Origin: Phycisphaeraceae bacterium
GTDB taxonomy: Bacteria > Planctomycetota > Phycisphaerae > Phycisphaerales > UBA1924
Direction: 5' to 3'
Length of the DNA: 64,000 nucleotides
Assembly (NCBI GenBank): GCA_039794205.1
Contig: JBDIVU010000001.1
Span: forward strand, 223,794 to 287,793
The notes under the pieces were generated by a model that saw only the letters and a program-made list of their open reading frames with translations, ran no database searches and was not told the origin of the DNA. Made by a program: the position numbers and the translations under genes. Of this stretch, positions 54,893 to 64,000 are shown in pieces; the first letter of the stretch is position 1; each line of letters begins with the position of its first letter.

Positions 54893-56860
54893 ATGTCGAA
54901 GCAGTCGAGATCCAGCCGGGCGAGATACGCCGCGTACCGCGATCGTCGTGCGGAGGTGGCGACGCCGGACGCGCTGCCCGAGCCGGGCGAGAGCGCGCCG
55001 AAAACCGCGCGGGCGAGGTCGGCGAAGGTTCTTATCGGGCATCTCTGGCGGCTGATGCGCGGGCAGCGCAAGGGCGTCGCGTGGGCGCTCGCGGCGCTTT
55101 CGGTTTCGACCGCGGTCGCGCTCGTCATGCCCGCTTCGACGAAGATCGCCATCGACTACATTCTCACCGACAACCCCGGGCCGACGGGCCTGCCCGACGC
55201 GCTGAGCCTCGGGACGGATCGCGTGCGGCTGCTGTGGCTGTTGTCCGCGGCGATGGTCGCGTCGGCGATCGTCGCGGTGACGTTCGGCACGTGGGGCCGA
55301 TGGCGCATGACGCGGATGAGGCTGCGGATGCAGGCGCGGATGCGCAAACTCGCGTTCGAGCACGCGGTGCGCCTGCCGTTGCACCGGGTTCATTCGATCC
55401 GTTCGGGCGGGATCGCGAGCCTGCTGCGCGAGGACGCCGCGGGCGCGGGCGAACTGCTCTTCAGCGCGATCTACAACCCCTGGAGGGCGGTCCTGCAACT
55501 CATCGGCACGCTCGGGGTGCTGCTGTTCGTTGACTGGCGGCTGCTGCTCGGCGCGGTCGCGTTGTTCCCTGTTATATGGATGACTCATAAAACCTGGATC
55601 GGGCGGATACGCCCGGTCTACCGCGACATCCGCTCGACGCGCCAGCGTATCGACGCGCAGACGACCGAAGTCTTCGGCGGGATGCGCGTTGTCCGCGCCT
55701 TCAGCCGGGAGAACACCGAAGCCGGGCGGTTCCTGCGGGACACGCACTTCATGCTCCGGCAGGAGGCGCTGGCGTGGTGGCGGTCGCGCGTCATCGACAT
55801 CACCTGGCTGCTGCTGATACCGGTCGCGTCGACGGGCGTGCTGCTCTACGGCGGGACGCAGGTCGTCAACGGGTCGCTGACCATCGGCGATGTTATGATG
55901 TTCACGACTTATCTTGTGATGCTGCTGGCGCCGCTGGAGGCGCTGGCTTCCACGGCGACGCAGATACAGTCGAGCCTGGCGGGCTTCGACCGCACGCTCG
56001 ACCTCCTCGAAGAGCCGACGGAATTCACGGCGAACGCCGGCGCGATCCACGCGGACCGGGCGACCACGCCGGGCGGGATCGCGTTCGAGAACGTGTCGTT
56101 CCGCTACCCCGGAGCGCCGGCGGACTCGGCGCCGGTGCTCGCGGAAATCTCGCTCGACGCGGCGCCGGGCGAGACGATCGCGCTCGTCGGGTCGTCGGGA
56201 TCTGGCAAAACAACTTTCTGCAACCTCGTGGCGAGGTTCTATGACCCGACCCAGGGCGCGATCCGGCTCGACGGCGTGGACCTCCGCGACATCGAACTGG
56301 ACTCATACCGCAGGCTGCTCGGCGTCGTCGAGCAGGACGTGTTCCTTTTCGACGGGTCGATCGCAGAGAACATCGCGTTCGCCCGGCCCGGCGCGTCGAG
56401 TGAGGACATCGAAGCCGCCGCTAGCGCGGCCGACGCGCATCGGTTCATAGAAACTTTCAACGACGGGTACGACACCATCATCGGCGAGCGCGGCGTGCGC
56501 CTCTCGGGCGGTCAACGACAACGCCTGGCGATCGCGCGGGCACTCCTCGCGAACCCGCGCATACTTATTCTTGATGAGGCGACCAGCAACCTCGATTCCG
56601 AGTCCGAACGGCTCGTGCAGCGGAGCTTGGCGCGGCTGCTGCGCGGACGGACGAGTTTCGTCATCGCGCACCGGCTGAGCACGGTCCGGCACGCGGACCG
56701 GATCGTTGTGCTGGACAAGGGGAGGATCGTCGAGGTCGGCCCGCACGAAGAACTCTGGCGCCGGGGCGGCCGATACGCGACGCTCCTGACGCTGCAACTC
56801 GGCGAACGCGCGGCGGAACTAGAGGAGGAAATAATACTGACAGAATCGCCGCACCATTGA
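54893..56860 (+). CDS. ABC transporter permease/ATP-binding fusion protein (MsbA-like exporter)
   Basis: Six-TM domain followed by Walker A GSSGSGKTT, signature LSGGQRQR, Walker B ILILDEATS. ATG at 54893. Confidence 0.85.
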   Translation: MSKQSRSSRARYAAYRDRRAEVATPDALPEPGESAPKTARARSAKVLIGHLWRLMRGQRKGVAWALAALSVSTAVALVMPASTKIAIDYILTDNPGPTGLPDALSLGTDRVRLLWLLSAAMVASAIVAVTFGTWGRWRMTRMRLRMQARMRKLAFEHAVRLPLHRVHSIRSGGIASLLREDAAGAGELLFSAIYNPWRAVLQLIGTLGVLLFVDWRLLLGAVALFPVIWMTHKTWIGRIRPVYRDIRSTRQRIDAQTTEVFGGMRVVRAFSRENTEAGRFLRDTHFMLRQEALAWWRSRVIDITWLLLIPVASTGVLLYGGTQVVNGSLTIGDVMMFTTYLVMLLAPLEALASTATQIQSSLAGFDRTLDLLEEPTEFTANAGAIHADRATTPGGIAFENVSFRYPGAPADSAPVLAEISLDAAPGETIALVGSSGSGKTTFCNLVARFYDPTQGAIRLDGVDLRDIELDSYRRLLGVVEQDVFLFDGSIAENIAFARPGASSEDIEAAASAADAHRFIETFNDGYDTIIGERGVRLSGGQRQRLAIARALLANPRILILDEATSNLDSESERLVQRSLARLLRGRTSFVIAHRLSTVRHADRIVVLDKGRIVEVGPHEELWRRGGRYATLLTLQLGERAAELEEEIILTESPHH

Positions 56861-56905
56861 ATGAGGCGATTCTGTCAGTTACGAATTCAGTGGCAGTCTT
56901 GAATA

Positions 56906-58693
56906 TTATTTAATCGACTGCCCAATAAGTGTAATTACACGCACTAGATCAGTTGCGTCCACAACCCCGTCACGGTTGACGTCTTGTGGCAGTCCAGAGC
57001 CGACTGCGCCGAACGAGGCAAGCACTGAGACGAGGTCGTCCGCACCCACGACGCCGTCGCCGTTGAAATCGGCGTGATGCAAGAATTCAAAATCTGAGCA
57101 TGTTGGAATTTCGTCAGTATCTCAGCATGTGCCGATTCCATCGAAATCGAAATCTTCCTGTGTCGGATTGAAGACACCCGGGCAATTATCGATATCGTCG
57201 CGTACCCCGTCGCCATCATTGTCATACGGCATGAAGAAATATACAGAACCATGATCGGTGCAGTTTGAGCCGCAGCCAGGACTGTCGTCATAGGGAGCCC
57301 CGACTAAGAGGCGTCCGTTCATTGCCGCAAGGCATACACCCAATTCGTCGTCTGCGGATGCGTCGCTGGCCTGAACAATATCTGTCTCAACCCACGCACC
57401 TGACAAATCTCGCTTATATATATATACTGCGCCGGTGTCGACTCCCGCAGCGCCGTCACGCCTGAAAGCGCCAATGTAGGCAGTGTCTTCGCCGTCGAGA
57501 TCAACCCAGCGGCCGAAGCGATCTTGCGGGTTGCGGTCCGACGCGAGTATCTCAGCGTCGAGAGTCCATGCGCCAGTTTCACGCCTGAATACATGAGCGG
57601 CACCCTCATCGAGTGAAGTTCCTACCAGAAGGGTGTTGTTTTCCAGTGAAACGGAGTATGCTCCGAACCACTGGTGATGAGTAATTCCAGGGATAAGTGT
57701 TGGATCAAAAAACTGTTCCGGCGTCCAGTCGCCAGAGACAGAATCGTAGACGAATGTCCATACTGCACCGGATCGAATGGCAACACACTGCGGCTGATTC
57801 GGGCTAGAGCCGAGATCGGTCGCTGAACAACCAAAGAATCTTGAACCAACTGCGATTCTTCCATTCGAGATATCGATGGAAGCGCCAAACTGAGCACTCA
57901 TAAGCGTTTGTGGATCCTGCCATGGTAGCAGTTTTTGCCGACTAAGAACGTTGCCTAACGCATCCACTTCGAATACCCACACGGCTCCCGGATCGCACCC
58001 GCCGTCTTTGTCGTTAGCAGGTTCGCAACCTGGTATGTTCATCATGGCTTCGTCATCAAGATGAGCTCCCGCGACAATGAAAGGTCCATCTATAGCGACG
58101 CCACCATAACCTAGTCTGTCTGCCCAAGTTACATTGTCGCGTTCGTCAGAATCAAAACGAGATATTGCAAGCTTTGATACTTGGATCCAGGATCCCGAAA
58201 AATCTCTGTCAAAAATATACACAGCACCAGAGTTGTTTTCAAAGTTATTATTTTGATTATCTATGTGGGCCGATACTGCGATCCTATTGCCTTGAATGGC
58301 AACCTGCCGCCCAAAGCGTGACCCGCGGTTGTCCTTGATTGCACCTGGAGCTGGCACCGCATCGCTTGCGGTCAGCATAGTGTCAAGTACCCATTGTTTC
58401 AGAATATAATCAAACTTGTACACGAACGCCGCGCCTGGATTTGCCCCCGGCTGGGCGACCAGACCAAAGGCGCCAACGACGGCATAGTCTCCGTCAATGG
58501 CCACGGAATAGTAGTTGCTCTTGATCTGGAGCGTTGAGGGTAGAAGTTTCTGAACTTCAATATACCCCGGTTGTGCGTTCGCTGCGGGTAACGTGAATCC
58601 TACATCACACGGAAGAATGCCTGACGTAGTCACGATCACGATGTACGCGACTCTATCCAGAGTCCGATTCGCCATGGGAGACTCCTTGAGCAT
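56906..58693 (-). pseudogene. Secreted FG-GAP-repeat / thrombospondin-type-3-repeat protein with a C-terminal dockerin-like pair, interrupted by an in-frame TGA (57122-57124) at a conserved Cys position
   Basis: The 523-aa ORF ends ..DNDGDGVRDDIDNCPGVFNPTQEDFDFDGIGTC*. The same frame continues DTDEIPTCSDFEFLHHADFNGDGVVGADDLVSVLASFG..DVNRDGVVDATDLVRVITLIGQSIK* down to 56906. The region is ~50% GC. Confidence 0.5.
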
Positions 58694-58927
58694 TTGCTCA
58701 GGTTACGCTTTAGCGCCAGAAGTGATACACCTCCGCGTATCCGTCGGGGAGGCACCAGCGCTTGATTCCGATAACGGCATAATCCCTATTCACAGTGTCT
58801 ATGTCAAGGGGATATAATCAAAATGCGGTCCCCAAAAATCGTCAGTCTATTACGGCCGGGCAAAACCCGAACGATCTGTGTGATCACTGCTCTGCAACGA
58901 CAATAAGCCCAATTGGAGCTACATCTG

Positions 58928-60463
58928 ATGATATCCGAGGCAACTATTCTGGGCGTCGCCGCCTATGACGAACTGCGTTCGCTCCTGCGTGAGGCTGCGA
59001 CGATCGAGTCTGTCGGGCGGCTGTGTTCGTGGGATCAGGAGACGGACATGCCGCCCAAGGCCGCGGGGTTCCGGGCGGAGGAACTCGCGCTGATATCCCG
59101 GCTGCATCACGAGCGCGCGACCAGCGATCGGCTCGGGGAACTAATCGCGGCGTGCGAAGCCGACGCCGACCTGCCCGCCGACCCGCTCGCTGCGGCGAAC
59201 ATCCGCGAGACTCGGCGTGAGTACGACCGCGCGACGAAACTGCCCGCGGATCTGGTGTCGGAGATCGCTGAGACCGCGTCGCGGGCGATGGAGGCGTGGA
59301 AGGCGGCACGCGCGAAGAGCGATTTCTCGATGTTTCGGCCCTGGCTAGAGAAATCCTTCGAACTGGCGAGGCGGAAGGCGGAGTGTCTGGGTGCGCCGGC
59401 GGGCGGGGAGTTGTACGACGCGCTGCTGGATGAGTACGAGCCTGGCGTGCGGAGCGCGGATGTCGAGCGTGTGTTCGGGCCGTTGCGTGGGGCGCTGACG
59501 CCGATGATCGCGGAGATCGCCTCGGCTCCGAGACGGCCGAGCCGGGCGCCGGACGAAGTTAAAGTTGATCGGGCGGCGCAGATCGAGATGAACAAGTTTG
59601 TCGCGGGCGCGATCGGGTTTGACTTTGAAGCGGGGCGGCTGGCGGTCTCGACGCACCCCTTCAGCGAGGGGCTGGCGCCGGGCGACACGCGGATGACGAC
59701 GCGGTACTACGGGGACCGTTTCACGGACTCGCTCGCGGCGACGCTGCACGAGACGGGGCACTCGCTGTACGAGCAGGGGCTGCCCAAGGACGCGCATCAC
59801 GGCGAGCCGATCGCGCATTACATAAGTCTCGGCGTGCACGAGAGCCAGTCCCGGCTTTGGGAGAACCAGGTCGGGCGCGGGCGGCGGTTCTGGGAGTGGA
59901 TGACGCCGGTTGTTAAGAAATATCTCGGCGCGGGGATGCAGAGGTTCGGCGCCGACGACTTCTTCGGCTGCGTCAACATCATTGAGCCGACCTTCATCCG
60001 CGTCGAGGCGGACGAGTTGACGTACCACCTGCACGTGATGCTGCGCTTCGACGCCGAGCGGGCGATGATCCGCGGCGATCTCGCAGCGGCGGACCTGCCC
60101 GCGTGGTGGAACGCGCGGATGAAAAACGATCTCGGGCTTGTAGTGCCTGATGACGCGCGCGGGTGCTTGCAGGACGTGCACTGGTCGATGGGGGCGATCG
60201 GGTACTTCTCGACGTATTCGCTCGGGAGCATGCTGGCGGCGCAGTTGTGGGAGACGGCGCAGCGGGAACTTCCCGGGGTCGAGGATGGGTTCGCGCGGGG
60301 GGAGTTCTCGCCGCTGTTAGATTGGCTGCGGACTAATATTCACGCGCACGGCAGGCGCTGGACCGCGGCGGAACTTACGCAGCGGCTGACGGGGTCGCCG
60401 CTGGGTCACGGGCCGCTGGTCAGGCAGTTGGGGGATAAATTGAAGCCGATCTACGGGATCTGA
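58928..60463 (+). CDS. Carboxypeptidase Taq-like (M32) metallopeptidase
   Basis: HETGHSLYEQG (HExxH) and the family-specific HESQSRLWEN motif. Confidence 0.85.
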   Translation: MISEATILGVAAYDELRSLLREAATIESVGRLCSWDQETDMPPKAAGFRAEELALISRLHHERATSDRLGELIAACEADADLPADPLAAANIRETRREYDRATKLPADLVSEIAETASRAMEAWKAARAKSDFSMFRPWLEKSFELARRKAECLGAPAGGELYDALLDEYEPGVRSADVERVFGPLRGALTPMIAEIASAPRRPSRAPDEVKVDRAAQIEMNKFVAGAIGFDFEAGRLAVSTHPFSEGLAPGDTRMTTRYYGDRFTDSLAATLHETGHSLYEQGLPKDAHHGEPIAHYISLGVHESQSRLWENQVGRGRRFWEWMTPVVKKYLGAGMQRFGADDFFGCVNIIEPTFIRVEADELTYHLHVMLRFDAERAMIRGDLAAADLPAWWNARMKNDLGLVVPDDARGCLQDVHWSMGAIGYFSTYSLGSMLAAQLWETAQRELPGVEDGFARGEFSPLLDWLRTNIHAHGRRWTAAELTQRLTGSPLGHGPLVRQLGDKLKPIYGI

Positions 60464-61407
60464 GTTCGTCTGGTCGCGGGCGGTGGTTTGCCGTCGGCGA
60501 TCCAGAGGAAGCCGAGCGCGGACATATGCCTGGGGGGCAGGAGCGTGCGGACGAGCCAGCGCGCGGCGGGTCGTCCGATGAACACGCCGACGATCATGCC
60601 GGCGTACATCCACATGTCGGATAGCGCGAAGAGGATCGCGCCGAGTTCGACGCGCGCGATGGAGTGGGCGCTCTCGTAGGTGGCGGCGGCGAGGTCGGTC
60701 GATCTTGTCACGTGGATGGATGTCTGGATCGCCACGGCTACGAGCACGGGCAGGAGCATGAGGATCGCGGCTCGGCGGCGCGTCGCGTGGAGCATCGCGA
60801 CGGACCCTATCACGCCGCCCGACAGGCCGACGGCGAGCAGGCTGATCCAGAAACCTGTTACGGGGGCAGCGGCGATATGCCGGAACCCGCCGGCCTGGCG
60901 GAGGTGGTCGGCGGCGCTCTCGGCGCGCCACCAGTCGAGGTCCACCGCGTTGAAGCGGTTCATCATCCCGACGCCGAAGCCTGTTATGTTTTGTGATGAA
61001 GGGCCGGCGCCGGGTGTCGCGGCGTACGCGGACGCGATGTAATCGCCGAAGCGTTCCGAGCCGACCTCTGACGCCGCCATGGAAACGGCGAAGGTGTACA
61101 TGGAGAGCGCGAAGGCGCCTGCGAGGATGACGACGAGCCAGCCCGCTGCGGCGAGCGACGCCCAGCGAGCGGCCCACTTGCCGAGGATGGGGTATTCCTG
61201 CATGGGCGCGACTATGCCGCACTCCGGACATCGCGCGATGAGCAGGCTGTAGACGGATTCTTTGAGGACGGGCTGGCCGGTGAGGTTGAACCCGCAGCCG
61301 ACACACAGACGGTCGCCGATGATTGTTGAGACGCGGGTCTCGGTGTGGGCGGCGGTGTCGGCGGGGGCGGTCGCGGGGGCCGGTGATGTGTGGGTTTGTT
61401 CGGTCAT
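60451..61407 (-). CDS. Hypothetical membrane protein with an N-terminal zinc-ribbon (CxxC..CxxC)
   Basis: CVGCGFNL..CPECG, followed by 6-7 TM helices. ATG at 61405-61407. Confidence 0.45.
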   Translation of the reverse strand: MTEQTHTSPAPATAPADTAAHTETRVSTIIGDRLCVGCGFNLTGQPVLKESVYSLLIARCPECGIVAPMQEYPILGKWAARWASLAAAGWLVVILAGAFALSMYTFAVSMAASEVGSERFGDYIASAYAATPGAGPSSQNITGFGVGMMNRFNAVDLDWWRAESAADHLRQAGGFRHIAAAPVTGFWISLLAVGLSGGVIGSVAMLHATRRRAAILMLLPVLVAVAIQTSIHVTRSTDLAAATYESAHSIARVELGAILFALSDMWMYAGMIVGVFIGRPAARWLVRTLLPPRHMSALGFLWIADGKPPPATRRTQIP

Positions 61408-62129
61408 CCGCCGCTCCGCGCGATGCGGGTTTTCGAGATCGCCCGTCGGCGTCGGCTTCGGCGGTGCGCGTCGAGCATCCTCTGCATTCCGATCCCGATG
61501 GGCAAGGTGAGTGTGGAGATCACGAAGGACGCGAGCAGGACGGCGGCGACGGTCAGCCAGCCCGACGCGGTTGGGCCGGTGTAATGATATGTCCGGCCGG
61601 CGATGGCGTGGACGGGGACAACAAAGAAGGCCCACGCGAGGACGGGCGTAAGCGCGGCGAGTGCGAGGGCCGCGGCGTACGCGGGCGGGCGCGTGATGAC
61701 GCGCCAGTGCGGCAGCCCGATCCCCAGCCAGATCCCCGCCGCGACCGAGGCGACTGCGAAGAATATAAGAACGTAGGGCGCTTCGGAGTCAACCCGGCGC
61801 GATCCGGAAGGTTCGGCCGCGACGGCCGCGAGGGCCAGGGCGCGGAGCGAGACCTGCTCGTCGTAGGTCCACCGGGCCGTGGCGTGCGCGATGGCGGCGG
61901 CGAAAGTGAGGAACCCGGCGAGGAGCGTGAACTGGCCGACGAGTGTCCAGATAGCGCGGCGTGCGCGGAGGAAGCGTCGCGAGTCGCGGATGAGGGGGTG
62001 TTTGCGACGGACGGCGGCGACGCCGCACTCGGGGCAGACCACGGCGTTGATCGCGAGCGTCGGGTGCGGCGTGGAGCGGACGCGGGCGAGATCGACGCCG
62101 CAGTTCAGGCAGATGTGCGAGATGGGCAC
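61404..62129 (-). CDS. Paralogous zinc-ribbon membrane protein
   Basis: CLNCGVDL..CPECG plus TM helices. Overlaps the previous gene by 4 bp. Confidence 0.45.
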   Translation of the reverse strand: MPISHICLNCGVDLARVRSTPHPTLAINAVVCPECGVAAVRRKHPLIRDSRRFLRARRAIWTLVGQFTLLAGFLTFAAAIAHATARWTYDEQVSLRALALAAVAAEPSGSRRVDSEAPYVLIFFAVASVAAGIWLGIGLPHWRVITRPPAYAAALALAALTPVLAWAFFVVPVHAIAGRTYHYTGPTASGWLTVAAVLLASFVISTLTLPIGIGMQRMLDAHRRSRRRRAISKTRIARSGG

Positions 62130-62201
62130 GTTGAGTTGTTCGCGGTGTGGTGCGGCGGTTTTGTGAACCCGTTCGCGGCCTGATTGTCCGGCTCGCTCGG
62201 G

Positions 62202-63299
62202 TTATTGCGAGGGGAAGAAGTCTGACGTACGCCGGGACAGGTGCGAGATGGTCTCGCTAGGCAGGCGGAAGCGGAACCCGCCGAGACGTTCGTTGGTCTG
62301 CCGGACGAGTTGTGCGATGGTGTCGCGGTCGCGGAATAAGTTTTGTTCGGGGTCGAGGGTTGGGTCCGGCGGCGTTTCCGCCGGGGAGTCGTATTCGGGT
62401 GTGATCGGGTCGATGTGCTCGGCCTCGAAGACGACCCAGGTTGCGTCTTCGTGGTCGAAGAGCCGCGCGGTGAAGGCGAAGCCGTCAAACGTGCGGACGG
62501 TGGCGACGGGGCCCGGGGCGGTGAGAGCCATGCTCTCGTTGAAACGGTCGACGTCGTCGTGGCCGACATAAATAAACATATTTCCGATGAGATTCACTGC
62601 GAGCGGGTCGGCGGTCGGCGAGAGCGGCGGGAGGTCGGGGATGAAGTCCTGCGTCTCGGTGTCGGGCCGGTAGACACGGACGATCTCGCCGTCGGGATGG
62701 ACTATGGACACGTCATGAATGAGTGCGCGGGTGAAGCGGATGATCTGCTTGTCGACCCAGGTGTTCCAGGCGGTGGAGATATTGGCGGCGCCGTGGACGT
62801 AGTAGACACGCGGATCGTCGGTGAGGCGGACGTAGCGCCGGACGGCGCCCGACGAGACGACTCGCTCCATCTTCCCGAGCACGACGGAGACCACCGGGCG
62901 ATCGTCGCGGTCGATCATCCGCACGAGCGTGGATTCGGAACCCGGGCCGGGGTCCTGGACGCCGAGCGACGGGTAGTTTTCCGGCTTCGAGGTCTTCGGC
63001 TCCGCGACGCTCAGGTCGCTCAGGGCGAGCACGGCGGTCCGCATGCGTTCGACGCGGATGGGGTACCCGCCTTTCTGGTCGAGCGTCCACTGCTGATCGC
63101 TGCGACTGAATGTGAGTTCTCCGTCCGGCCCGATCAACTCGATGCGTGTGATCTGATCGAGGTTGTCGATGAGGCCGGGGTAGAGGACGTCCGGGGCGCT
63201 TGCGGCGAACTCCGTAGTGCGTCGGCCGTAGGTGGCAAGCCCGAGCACGAGGAGGATCGCGGCGATCACGGCGAGGATGGAAAGTGTCCGTGGTTTCAT
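62202..63299 (-). CDS. DUF4340-like periplasmic protein (GldG-associated)
   Basis: N-terminal TM anchor. The ATGA overlap with the upstream GldG-like gene is the usual arrangement. Confidence 0.5.
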   Translation of the reverse strand: MKPRTLSILAVIAAILLVLGLATYGRRTTEFAASAPDVLYPGLIDNLDQITRIELIGPDGELTFSRSDQQWTLDQKGGYPIRVERMRTAVLALSDLSVAEPKTSKPENYPSLGVQDPGPGSESTLVRMIDRDDRPVVSVVLGKMERVVSSGAVRRYVRLTDDPRVYYVHGAANISTAWNTWVDKQIIRFTRALIHDVSIVHPDGEIVRVYRPDTETQDFIPDLPPLSPTADPLAVNLIGNMFIYVGHDDVDRFNESMALTAPGPVATVRTFDGFAFTARLFDHEDATWVVFEAEHIDPITPEYDSPAETPPDPTLDPEQNLFRDRDTIAQLVRQTNERLGGFRFRLPSETISHLSRRTSDFFPSQ

Positions 63300-64000
63300 G
63301 GGTTCGCGTGTGATTGGTCTGCGCGAGGCTGCGGCGTGGAGAGTTGGGCCAGGGCATGACGGTCTGCGCGTCGTCTCGAGGCGCGTGCGAGCGCAAGCCC
63401 GATGGCCGCTAGAGCGATGATCGCGGGGGTGAGGGCGGAGTTTATTAGTTTGAGCCTCAGCCCGAGGACTTCGACGTCGCGTCGGAGGCGGTGCTGCACG
63501 TCCCTGAGTTCTTTGCGGGCTTCGAGGAGCCGGGCGTTGAGCGCGTCGATCTCCTGCCGGACCTGAGGATCGACGAGTATGGACGAGTCGGTGCGTCCGG
63601 CGCGGACCTGATCGATGCGTGACTGAGTCTGACGGATTTCCTGTTCGAGTTTGAGTTGCTCGGCGCGGTACTCGTCCTCGGCGCGGGCGCGGAGTTCATT
63701 GACGCGGTCGAACGGCCGGGAGAAAGCGCCGCCGGCGCGAAGGGAGATGAGGTCGGTCGATCCGGCGAGGTGGTCGAGGGCGTTGACGAGGAAGTCGCCG
63801 TTGTCGGCGACTTTGGTCGTGACCCCGAGCGCGTTTTGTGAGAGCCAGAAGCGGTCGGAGAATGCGTCGGTGTCGGCGACGGCGACAACCGTGATGGGCT
63901 TCTCGCTGCGCGCGAGGTGGGCGATGGGCGAAGGGGCGACGCCGGGCGGCGGGCCTTGCGGGAACGCCGAGTCCGCCGGGCCGGTGATCCGGACCGCGAG
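63296..64000 (-). CDS. GldG-like ABC-transporter auxiliary component, C-terminal part (5' end truncated by the window)
   Basis: Frame is open to the window edge. C-terminal coiled-coil plus TM helix (LINSALTPAIIALAAIGLALA). GSTDLISLR-like block. Confidence 0.5.
   Translation of the reverse strand, partial: LAVRITGPADSAFPQGPPPGVAPSPIAHLARSEKPITVVAVADTDAFSDRFWLSQNALGVTTKVADNGDFLVNALDHLAGSTDLISLRAGGAFSRPFDRVNELRARAEDEYRAEQLKLEQEIRQTQSRIDQVRAGRTDSSILVDPQVRQEIDALNARLLEARKELRDVQHRLRRDVEVLGLRLKLINSALTPAIIALAAIGLALARASRRRADRHALAQLSTPQPRADQSHANP

Noticed and set aside
57122-57124. Selenocysteine recoding of the in-frame TGA (it sits at a conserved Cys position)
   Set aside because: No SECIS-like stem-loop was recognised immediately downstream. 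The Cys is structural (TSP3 disulfide), not catalytic, and the gene is on a low-GC foreign segment. A TGC to TGA nonsense mutation is the simpler explanation. It cannot be fully excluded without knowing whether sel genes exist in the genome.

Overview
High-GC (~68-70%) bacterial chromosomal segment. The gene content suggests Planctomycetota-like ancestry: a DUF1559 prepilin-like protein, several secreted proteins with C-terminal dockerin-like repeat pairs, an ECF sigma/anti-sigma pair, a Ser/Thr kinase with TPR repeats, and a TatC with a periplasmic insertion. About 45 protein genes and one tRNA-Leu(UAG) can be supported. Housekeeping genes (tadA, tatC, gatB, deoC, a PPi-dependent phosphofructokinase, a P-type ATPase, MlaFD, an ALDH7-like dehydrogenase, M61 and M32 peptidases, a GH57 enzyme, an MsbA-like ABC exporter) are interspersed with accessory content. 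(1) A family of three palindromic repeat modules occurs in composite arrangements at 12 or more intergenic loci. The most frequent module is a hairpin, GCACGGGCGGGACGCCCGTGC followed by CACTG, usually in 39-bp tandem arrays. One array is inserted in frame inside deoC, and one sits between the ECF sigma and anti-sigma genes. (2) An exopolysaccharide locus encodes a Wza-like exporter, an exosortase, a candidate EpsI-like protein, a 1519-aa TPR protein, a Wzc-like co-polymerase/BY-kinase and a WecA-like initiating transferase. No PEP-CTERM substrate is visible in the window. (3) Signs of decay or horizontal acquisition include an IS5-family (DUF4096) transposase remnant with an in-frame stop, a dockerin-tailed gene broken by two frameshifts at C5 tracts, an FG-GAP/TSP3/dockerin gene with an in-frame TGA at a conserved Cys position inside a low-GC island, a second low-GC islet carrying a Cys-rich secreted peptide behind a G9 tract, and an orphan C5 cytosine methyltransferase.
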